A stretch of DNA of 32,000 nucleotides from an uncultured Alphaproteobacteria bacterium (GTDB lineage Bacteria > Pseudomonadota > Alphaproteobacteria > Rs-D84). The notes below the pieces were generated by a model. That model was not told the DNA's origin and did no database searches. It saw only the letters and a list, made by a program, of their open reading frames with translations. Of the stretch, positions 8,982 through 15,879 are shown piece by piece (the first letter of the stretch is position 1; each line of letters opens with the position of its first letter). The DNA lies in assembly GCA_963931495.1 (NCBI GenBank), contig OZ007020.1:600001-632000 (forward strand). The letters are read 5' to 3'. A program made the translations under genes and the position numbers.

Positions 8982-9908
8982 TTATTTTTTCAATGGTTCA
9001 ACCGCATATTCGCCCGGCTGGATTGTCATCATGGCGTTGTTTGCGCCCATGACATCATCTTCGCCAGTAACCGCCGCACGAAATTGCATGCCACCGGTTG
9101 TGAATTCTGTTTTGAATAATGCGTATCCGGTGCCGCCACCTGTTGTTGGACCCTGCATCCCCAGGGAATAATAGCCCCCGATAATGCCATAGTCCAAATC
9201 AATATAATCAACACTGACCATTAATGAAACATTGCTTAATCCATCGCTGGTCATGTTGCACGTGAATTCACGATTGGACAAAGTGGCCTGGGAATTAACA
9301 GGTACAACAATGTCCATGATTGTTGGTTCGCACTGACGATCAATGCCATTTACCAAAAATTCATATGTCATACCAACAGTGGCCTTGGACAATCCGGTTG
9401 ATAAATTAACCTGGGATATTGTTGCCTTGGGTATTTTAACCAGGGCATTTGCAATACCACTGCGTACCGGGAAAGATATTCCAGATTGCAAACAGTCACG
9501 TGAAAACGGGTCGGCTTCACATATATACAACCGTGAATGTGCGTTAACCATGAACATATTTGCCAAACTGTTAAATAAAAATGTCCGGGTTATACGGTCG
9601 TTTAACCGTGTGCATCCGAAATTACGGCATATAATCATGGGGCGATTTGCGAACATTACCCCCGGATGCATTTCGGATTCCATCTGGCGTGCCATTTCAA
9701 TGTTGTTGTCGTAATCCAGACTGTCTGCACGATTCATGAATTCTGTTTCCGGAATAAAATTCGGATCATCAGGATATGCATAATAAGATTGTACCGGTGT
9801 TTCCGTGTATATCGTTTGGAAATTGTCATATACAATTTCGTCTGTTGCCGCATTCGCGTTAAGCGCAACCAAACATGCAAAAACAGCCGTTAAAATAAAT
9901 CTTGCCAT
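8982..9908 (-). CDS. secreted hypothetical protein (308 aa)
   Basis: Sec signal MARFILTAVFACLVALNANA/ATDE, with 7 Cys in the mature part and a Gly-rich C-terminal region (GPTTGGGTGYALF). No family recognised. Confidence 0.6.
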   Translation of the reverse strand: MARFILTAVFACLVALNANAATDEIVYDNFQTIYTETPVQSYYAYPDDPNFIPETEFMNRADSLDYDNNIEMARQMESEMHPGVMFANRPMIICRNFGCTRLNDRITRTFLFNSLANMFMVNAHSRLYICEADPFSRDCLQSGISFPVRSGIANALVKIPKATISQVNLSTGLSKATVGMTYEFLVNGIDRQCEPTIMDIVVPVNSQATLSNREFTCNMTSDGLSNVSLMVSVDYIDLDYGIIGGYYSLGMQGPTTGGGTGYALFKTEFTTGGMQFRAAVTGEDDVMGANNAMMTIQPGEYAVEPLKK

Positions 9909-10060
9909 AATATATGCCCTTTTCTCTCTGATAAATCTTAAAACATTTGCGCCCGCCGTGTCAAAGCAAAAATTTATGTTGAAAAACAGATATAGTTTAG
10001 AGTATAAATACTTAACAGAATCTGATAAATATTGGTAATTTTTTTTAAGGCGGTGAAAGA

Positions 10061-10720
10061 ATGGTTGATATTATGATTGCCGGTGAAGCCGGAAAATTAC
10101 ATGCGGTGTATCATAAATCTGATACGCCCGCCGCGCCGTTGGCGGTTATTTTGTCGGGAAATCCACGTCAAAAGTATCATATGAACGATCGTGTGTCATA
10201 TGCGATGTTTCGGGCGTTTATGGATATTGGTTTTTCTGTGGTGCGATTTAATTATCGCGGCGTGAATTATTCCGAAGGTGCAATTGGAACCACGTCTGAA
10301 AATCTGTTGGATATTGCAACGGTTATTGACTGGATTCAAAATAAGAACGAAGACAGTGACAGAATATGGTTGGCGGGGAATCAACTGGGGGCGTGGTATG
10401 TGTTACAGGCCATGATGCGTCGTCCCGAAGTGTCGGGATTTGCGTTGGTGTCGCCAGACCCGGCGGTCGCAGATTTCGCGTTTTTGTCACCACGTCCAAA
10501 TCGTGGGCTGTTGCTGCAAGGTGCGGCGGAATCTGATGATGCCAAGGCGTTCGCAACACACTTGACCCAAATTTTGAAAAAACAGGCACAAATTGATTTG
10601 GAAACAATTCGTATCAAAAATGCGGATGAATATTATTCACAACCGGCTGATTTGCGCCAGATGTATAATGATTTAAAGGCATATGTCGGACGCGAAAATG
10701 CGGATGACAAACTGTTGTAA
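10061..10720 (+). CDS. COG2945-type alpha/beta-fold protein, nucleophile serine replaced
   Basis: Aligns by eye to the COG2945 pattern (...RFNYRGV..S.G...G..E..D......W......WLAG-x-S-x-GAW...MRRPE..GF..V.P). The nucleophile elbow reads [10 protein letters not shown] rather than GFSFGAW. Confidence 0.7.
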   Translation: MVDIMIAGEAGKLHAVYHKSDTPAAPLAVILSGNPRQKYHMNDRVSYAMFRAFMDIGFSVVRFNYRGVNYSEGAIGTTSENLLDIATVIDWIQNKNEDSDRIWLAGNQLGAWYVLQAMMRRPEVSGFALVSPDPAVADFAFLSPRPNRGLLLQGAAESDDAKAFATHLTQILKKQAQIDLETIRIKNADEYYSQPADLRQMYNDLKAYVGRENADDKLL

Positions 10721-10731
10721 TTACAATTCAA

Positions 10732-11721
10732 ATGCAAAATACAGACAGATTTTTAGACCCAAACGTACCAGATGAAATGGCGGCGAATATCCGGCCACAT
10801 TTGTTGGCAGATTTTATCGGTCATGATGCGCTGAAACAGAATTTGTCTGTATTTATTTCAGGCGCAAAATCACGTGGCGAAGCCATGGATCATGTGTTGC
10901 TGTATGGGCCACCGGGACTGGGCAAAACGACACTGGCGCACATCGTTGCAAATGAACTGGGGACAAATTTTCGTGCGACGTCGGCCCCGATGCTGACCAA
11001 GCAAGGCGATTTGGCGGCAATATTGACCGCGTTGGAACCAATGGACGTTTTGTTTATTGATGAAATACATCGTCTGCCAACGGCCATAGAAGAAGTTTTG
11101 TATTCGGCAATGGAAGACTTTAAGCTGGATATCATGTTGGGCGAAGGGCCGTCGGCGAAAAGTGTGCGAATTGACCTGCCGCCGTTTACATTGGTGGGGG
11201 CGACAACGCGGACGGGGTTGTTATCTAATCCGTTGCGTGACAGGTTTGGAATTGATTTGCGATTGTCTTTTTATCCGTCAGATGATTTGGCGCGCATAGT
11301 TATGCGCAGTGCAAAAATACTGGGTACGCCGATTGATTCTGGGGGGGCGAATATGTTGGCACGCAGTGCACGTGGAACACCACGTATCGCAAATCGTTTG
11401 TTGAAACGTGCGCGTGACTTTGCGGCGGCGTTGGGCCAGAATGAGATTTCGGCCAATACAATAAAAACGACATTGGCACAGTTGCGTATTGATGAATCTG
11501 GCCTGGACGAGATTGATCGTGAATACATGAATGCAATTGTGCGGCATTATGCAGGTGGCCCGGTCGGAATTGAAAATCTGGCGGCGGCATTGTCTGAACC
11601 GGCCGATACCATAGAAGATGTAATTGAACCATATTTGATGCAGTTGGGATTTATTCAACGGACCCCGCGTGGACGTATTGTGACAGATGCTGGTTATGCG
11701 CATTTGGGATTAGAGAAATAA
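10732..11721 (+). CDS. ruvB: Holliday junction branch-migration helicase RuvB
   Basis: RP..L.DFIGH, Walker [10 protein letters not shown], Walker [10 protein letters not shown], sensor GATTRTG and [13 protein letters not shown]. Confidence 0.95.
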   Translation: MQNTDRFLDPNVPDEMAANIRPHLLADFIGHDALKQNLSVFISGAKSRGEAMDHVLLYGPPGLGKTTLAHIVANELGTNFRATSAPMLTKQGDLAAILTALEPMDVLFIDEIHRLPTAIEEVLYSAMEDFKLDIMLGEGPSAKSVRIDLPPFTLVGATTRTGLLSNPLRDRFGIDLRLSFYPSDDLARIVMRSAKILGTPIDSGGANMLARSARGTPRIANRLLKRARDFAAALGQNEISANTIKTTLAQLRIDESGLDEIDREYMNAIVRHYAGGPVGIENLAAALSEPADTIEDVIEPYLMQLGFIQRTPRGRIVTDAGYAHLGLEK

Positions 11722-11727
11722 TTAATC

Positions 11728-12339
11728 ATGGAAAATTTAGTTGATTTTTTTGCAATCGCGGAAAAATTAGAATGCGAATACAGATTGACGCGGATGTCTG
11801 ATGGCGCACAACAGTCTGTTGCATCGCATTCGTGGAATATGACAGTAATGGCAATTGTTTTACGGCCATATCTGACGCATCCGGTAAATATGGAACGCGT
11901 TATGAAAATGTGTGCACTGCATGATTTGCCAGAGGCGATTACGCATGATGTCCCATTACATGAACAAACGTCAGATGTGCGTGCAAAAAAACATGCCCAG
12001 GAATCTGTGGCGGTTTCACAGATTACAAATTTGTTACACAATGATGATATTTGTAATGTTTTGGACGAATACGAAGAACGCAAATCACGCGAAGCGCGAT
12101 TGGTCAAAGCCATAGATGTTTTGGATACTGCTGTTCAACATTTGTGTGCAGCGGATTTGAAATATGTTTCTGAATACGATAATAATTTTTATTGGAAGTT
12201 GTTTTTTTCAGATAAAATGGCAACTGGGTTTGACTTTGAACCTGTGTTGCGTGGCGTATTTGATGAAATTCGCCGGCGGGTGTCCATGCGGATGAAAAAT
12301 GAACTGGGGATTGATTCAAGCATATTTATGGGGAAATAA
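11728..12339 (+). CDS. HD-domain phosphohydrolase (YfbR-like 5'-deoxynucleotidase family)
   Basis: The H...HD...D constellation: SHSWNM, ALHDLPEAITHDVP and KAIDVLD. Confidence 0.75.
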   Translation: MENLVDFFAIAEKLECEYRLTRMSDGAQQSVASHSWNMTVMAIVLRPYLTHPVNMERVMKMCALHDLPEAITHDVPLHEQTSDVRAKKHAQESVAVSQITNLLHNDDICNVLDEYEERKSREARLVKAIDVLDTAVQHLCAADLKYVSEYDNNFYWKLFFSDKMATGFDFEPVLRGVFDEIRRRVSMRMKNELGIDSSIFMGK

Positions 12340-12341
12340 AA

Positions 12342-12719
12342 ATGAAGACATATACTTTTCCGTTCGCAATTGCGTATGCGGACACAGATGCCGGTGGAAT
12401 TGCGTATCATGGGGCGTATATTGAAATCGCTGAACGGGCGCGCATGAATATATTGCGTGGAATAAAATTCCCAGATGGCGACATTGGGTTTGTTGTACGT
12501 GATTTGAATATTCGCTATGTTCGGCCGTTGTTTCTGGGTGATGAATTTGTTGTTGAAACAACAGTGACAAAATTTGGGGCGGCATCAATGTCTGTGGAAC
12601 AAAAGTTCGTGAAAAATGGTGAAATTTGTGCTATACTGTCGGGGACAGCGGCGTACATTGGTGCAAATATGATGCCACGGCGCATACCAAATGATGTGGC
12701 GGCACCATTCATGGAATAG
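12342..12719 (+). CDS. ybgC: Tol-Pal-associated acyl-CoA thioesterase (4HBT fold)
   Basis: YADTDAGGIAYHGAYIEIAERAR matches the YbgC catalytic-Asp motif (YEDTDAGGVVYHARY in E. coli). It lies directly upstream of tolQ. Confidence 0.8.
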   Translation: MKTYTFPFAIAYADTDAGGIAYHGAYIEIAERARMNILRGIKFPDGDIGFVVRDLNIRYVRPLFLGDEFVVETTVTKFGAASMSVEQKFVKNGEICAILSGTAAYIGANMMPRRIPNDVAAPFME

Positions 12720-12747
12720 TTAAATATAATATAAAGGAAGGAATAAT

Positions 12748-13254
12748 ATGGGTAACAGTTTTTCTTTGGTTAATTTGTTTACTGGCGATTGGATGACATT
12801 GTTTATATCGCTGGTTCTGGTTTTGGCCAGTATTATATCATGGGCGGTCATAATTGAAAAAATCCGTTTGTGGCATATGAACAAGAAAAATCCAGTAAAA
12901 ATTAAAAATGGCGATAATTTAACATTGATTGCAGATAAATTAATTCGGCCGTTTGATAAAAATTTGTGGTTTCTGTCAATGGTATCGTATGTTGCACCAT
13001 TTATCGGGCTGTTTGGTACGATTTGGGGCGTAATGGATTCGTTTGCGTCAATTGGTGTGAATCAGTCTGTGTCAATTGGTGTTATTGCGCCCGGGTTGTC
13101 AACTGCACTGGGAACAACCGCGCTTGGGTTGATTGCGGCGGTGCCAGCGGCGATTGCGTACCAGTATTTCAGTAAAAAGTCAGATGATTTATATGACGTC
13201 TTGACCGAACGTGTCAAAGAAATGAAATCAGAAAAACAGCACAAGGATAAATAA
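12748..13254 (+). CDS. tolQ: TolQ (MotA/TolQ/ExbB proton channel), short form 168 aa
   Basis: TM1 SIISWAVIIEK, then PFIGLFGTIWGVMDSF and APGLSTALGTTALGLIAAVPAAIAY. The cytoplasmic loop is much shorter than in E. coli TolQ (230 aa). Confidence 0.85.
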   Translation: MGNSFSLVNLFTGDWMTLFISLVLVLASIISWAVIIEKIRLWHMNKKNPVKIKNGDNLTLIADKLIRPFDKNLWFLSMVSYVAPFIGLFGTIWGVMDSFASIGVNQSVSIGVIAPGLSTALGTTALGLIAAVPAAIAYQYFSKKSDDLYDVLTERVKEMKSEKQHKDK

Positions 13255-13257
13255 ATT

Positions 13258-13665
13258 ATGACACGCAGAAGATACAGAAATACTGATGTCAATATATCAC
13301 TGACGCCGATGATTGATATTATGACGGTGTTGTTGGCGGTGTTTATGGTGACAACACCGATGCTGACCACGGGGATTGATTTGGATTTGCCAAATGCGGG
13401 AAATTCTGTGTTGTCTGGCAATGATCATGCAATTCAAATCAGTGTTGATTCCCAGGGGCGTTATTTTGTTGGTGAAACAGAACTGTCGCGTGATGATGCG
13501 GTGAAACGTGTTGTGGCGATGCGCGGCGAAAATCCTGATTTAACAATAATCATAAACGGTGATACGTCGGCGGATTATGGTGCGGTTATGTCAGTTATGG
13601 GACAATTAAAAGACGCCGGGTTCCAGCGTGTTGGATTGCGCAGTCGTGTCGGGCAAAAACAGTAA
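13258..13665 (+). CDS. tolR: TolR (ExbD/TolR family)
   Basis: DVNISLTPMIDIMTVLLAVFMVTTPML with the conserved Asp in the TM helix. The periplasmic domain contains DLTIIINGDTSADYGAVMSVMGQLKDAGF. Confidence 0.85.
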   Translation: MTRRRYRNTDVNISLTPMIDIMTVLLAVFMVTTPMLTTGIDLDLPNAGNSVLSGNDHAIQISVDSQGRYFVGETELSRDDAVKRVVAMRGENPDLTIIINGDTSADYGAVMSVMGQLKDAGFQRVGLRSRVGQKQ

Positions 13666-13666
13666 C

Positions 13667-14443
13667 ATGAAAATTGTGGACAGATTTTCATCAGAAAACT
13701 TATTAATATCAATATGCGGGCATTTGGTATTGTTGGCGTTAATGGTTACGTCATTTGTTGTTGTGGTTGATCGTGCACAATTGGTTGCCCCAGACAGGAT
13801 AGAGATACTGGAAATAGATTTGGATTCGGTTAATGTTGGTGGTGATGAAACGGTGCTGTACAACGTTGGCGACGATACAGAACCGATCCCAGAACCAGAA
13901 TTAAATCAAGATGTGGCGAATGAACCATCAACGCCAGAAATTCCAGAACCAGAAACAATTGAACCAGAACAAATTGTTGCCCCCAGTTTGGCTGATGTGA
14001 CACCGGTTGCCCCAGAAATTCCGGAACCGGTATTGAATGCGGTGGATGATGCAGGTGAAAAAATACCGACGCCAAAGAAAAAGAAATCCGTTGTGCGTGT
14101 TAATCGCGAAGTTGTGTCGCTGGACCGTACATTAACAGTGTCGGTTATTGACGCGTTGCGTGTTGCGATGACGCGCTGTTGGGTTATTGATACCCAGCGT
14201 ACCGATTTGGGTGATATTCGTGCGGTTGCGCACTTGACGATGCGGCGAAACGGAACCGTCCGTGACGTTTGGTTTGAATCCGCCGCGCGCGCAGAAACAG
14301 ATATGGCCTTTGCGTATGTGTTGGATACAATTCGTGCGGCAATAAATACGTGCCAACCGTTCAGGATGTTGCCGCCGGATGAGTTTGAAAAATGGGAAAA
14401 AATCCAATTAACATTCTATCCGACCCAGGGCAAGGTTATGTAG
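13667..14443 (+). CDS. tolA: TolA-like protein (TM anchor, Pro/Glu-rich linker, TolA/TonB-type C-terminal domain)
   Basis: The ATG at 13667 lies 1 nt after the tolR stop. TM segment LLISICGHLVLLALMVTSFVVVV, linker EPIPEPELN...PEIPEPETIEPEQI, and a C-terminus RCWVID...C.PF..LP..EFEKW..I.L.F.P typical of alphaproteobacterial TolA. Confidence 0.65.
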   Translation: MKIVDRFSSENLLISICGHLVLLALMVTSFVVVVDRAQLVAPDRIEILEIDLDSVNVGGDETVLYNVGDDTEPIPEPELNQDVANEPSTPEIPEPETIEPEQIVAPSLADVTPVAPEIPEPVLNAVDDAGEKIPTPKKKKSVVRVNREVVSLDRTLTVSVIDALRVAMTRCWVIDTQRTDLGDIRAVAHLTMRRNGTVRDVWFESAARAETDMAFAYVLDTIRAAINTCQPFRMLPPDEFEKWEKIQLTFYPTQGKVM

Positions 14444-14446
14444 CAA

Positions 14447-14481
14447 ACAAAAACCCGCGATTATATAATCGCGGATTTTTT
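14447..14481. terminator. bidirectional rho-independent terminator shared by tolA (+) and rnpB (-)
   Basis: AAAAACCCGCGATTA-TA-TAATCGCGGATTTTTT, with a U-tract available on both strands. Confidence 0.7.
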
Positions 14482-14820
14482 ATGTACAGACGCCCGATAA
14501 GCCGGATTCTGTTCTGCCCTGGCCTTGTTGTTGCCAACCAAAACCGGGGTAGCGAGCATAATTAGTCTGCATAATGTGTTACCACAATATGTCAAGCCTT
14601 CTACCCGTCCCCTTGTTTGGGACACACATTGGGGACCTATTTGAAGTTGCTGCGCGCAGAGATTGCCCGTTTCACCCGATATGTTTCAATCGATTCGTCA
14701 CTGTTGCTCTGATCGTCGGGTTGCCCCGCCCGGTCATTAGCCGGTACGCCGTCCCATGCAGTCCGGACTTTCCTCCAATTTTCCAAAGAAAATCAGCTAT
14801 GCTCTGTTCGTCTGCACTGT
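14482..14820 (-). ncRNA. rnpB: RNase P RNA, bacterial type A
   Basis: The reverse complement carries both universally conserved P4 strands: GGAGGAAAGUCCGGAC (14776-14761) and ACAGAAUCCGGCUUAUCGGGCG (14512-14491). It also carries GGGUGAAACGGG and GGGUAGAAGGCUUGA. The 5' UGCAGACG pairs with the 3' CGUCUGUA to form P1. The ORF-track ORFs 14574-14858 and 14672-14878 lie on top of it. Confidence 0.88.
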
Positions 14821-14825
14821 GGTGC

Positions 14826-14853
14826 ATTTTATCATTGATTTTGCAATTATCAA
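14826..14853 (-). promoter_or_regulatory. sigma70-type promoter candidate for rnpB
   Basis: Minus strand reads TTGATA (14853-14848), a 16-nt spacer, then TAAAAT (14831-14826). This places the start about 6-7 nt downstream, at the predicted P1 5' end. Confidence 0.45.
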
Positions 14854-14932
14854 TATAAATTGAATTTTTTACTTGCACAACATATGCCGTTTTTCATAAA
14901 ATGGGCGTGTAAAGAGAAAAAAAGTGAGAAGA

Positions 14933-15481
14933 ATGTCAAAAATTTTACGCATTTTTGCGTGTTTGTTTGCGTTGTTTTTTGTTGTTGATGCGTCTGGTGC
15001 GGGGTATACATGCTCTGCGTCGTCCAAGAAATATACATCATGCAAATCCGGATATTATATGTATGGTGGTACAGGTGCCGGAAATTCATGTAAAAAATGT
15101 CCGACGGGATATCCGAATTCGGCGGGTGGGAACATTGGTCAAAGCATGTGCTATAAGACATGTGAAGACATAGATATTACCGGTGGGACGAATGTACCGA
15201 CCAGTGGCACAGCGTATTATGGCAACAGTTGCACATATACGACGATTTGTGACGACGGGTATAATCTGACGGGGACAAACACGTGCAGCCAGTTATGTAC
15301 ACTGGGTGTGACCAGTCTGCGTACGGGCAATGGTGTGACGATACCGTTGTACAGTTCGGCATTATCCACGCCATCGTTAAACATTGGTACTGGTGGTGGC
15401 GTATGCTATGGCATATTGGAAAGTGGTGCGGGAACACTGAACATCCAATATGACGGCAAAACGTATCATGTAATTGATTAA
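14933..15481 (+). CDS. secreted cysteine-rich repeat protein (182 aa), paralogous to the N-terminal domain of ORF 22370-23698
   Basis: Signal peptide MSKILRIFACLFALFFVVDA/SGAG, with 11 Cys in the mature part. The motif SCKSGYY-x9-SCKKCPTGYPNSAGGNIGQSMCYKTC is present. The ATG at 14933 is preceded by AGTGAGAAG; the ORF-track start at 14924 is a GTG. Confidence 0.7.
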   Translation: MSKILRIFACLFALFFVVDASGAGYTCSASSKKYTSCKSGYYMYGGTGAGNSCKKCPTGYPNSAGGNIGQSMCYKTCEDIDITGGTNVPTSGTAYYGNSCTYTTICDDGYNLTGTNTCSQLCTLGVTSLRTGNGVTIPLYSSALSTPSLNIGTGGGVCYGILESGAGTLNIQYDGKTYHVID

Positions 15482-15494
15482 GAATATCAGTGAT

Positions 15495-15528
15495 AAAAAT
15501 ATCCGGTCATTTATGGCCGGATATTTTA
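15495..15528. terminator. bidirectional terminator between convergent ORFs 14933-15481 and 15539-15757
   Basis: AAAAATATCCGG-(loop)-CCGGATATTTT, with an A-run upstream and a T-run downstream. Confidence 0.6.
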
Positions 15529-15538
15529 TATATGTGTT

Positions 15539-15757
15539 TTATTTTCGGTGTTCCCCCTGGTGTCGGGCGGCAACCAATGCGGTGCGTAAAGATTGTTCGG
15601 CAATTTGACGGATCTTTTGTGCAAACGTTCGCATATTCATTGCGTCGGCAACCCCATCGGCAAAAATTTGTGATATATATTCAATTTGACTGGGGGCGAT
15701 AACAAAATGTTCGCTGGTTATATCAGATGGCTTTAATTTATATACAGATTCACGCAT
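15539..15757 (-). CDS. small hypothetical protein (72 aa)
   Basis: Strong SD GAGGGGG 5 nt upstream of the ATG. Predicted helical C-terminal half. Divergent from secA. No family recognised. Confidence 0.5.
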   Translation of the reverse strand: MRESVYKLKPSDITSEHFVIAPSQIEYISQIFADGVADAMNMRTFAQKIRQIAEQSLRTALVAARHQGEHRK

Positions 15758-15825
15758 TTTATCCCCCTCATTTTTATATTACAAGACTTGTTTGTTTTCT
15801 TATTTGCATTATATCATAAAGTATC

Positions 15826-15854
15826 TTGACCGCAAGGTGCAAAGTTGCTATAAA
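15826..15854 (+). promoter_or_regulatory. sigma70-type promoter candidate for secA
   Basis: TTGACC (15826-15831), a 17-nt spacer, then TATAAA (15849-15854). Confidence 0.5.
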
Positions 15855-15879
15855 TTATGGACAAAACAAGGATTGGGTA

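Noticed and set aside
13860-14060. Repetitive CCAGAA/CCGGAA-rich stretch in tolA as a tandem-repeat element
   Set aside because: It encodes the Pro/Glu-rich periplasm-spanning linker expected of TolA (IPEPE-type repeats) and is not an independent repeat element.
14574-14878. 94-aa (+) and 68-aa (-) ORFs from the ORF track
   Set aside because: They lie on the RNase P RNA gene, which is identified by both conserved P4 strands. They are not coding.
15826-15879. N-terminal extensions offered by the ORF track (secA 15826, pfk 26039, kinase 8310, lipoproteins 24650 and 24219, orphan 887, Cys-rich 14924)
   Set aside because: The extended starts are TTG/GTG or internal ATGs that lack an SD, add non-homologous residues, or overlap promoters or upstream genes. 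Downstream ATGs give canonical family N-termini or signal peptides.
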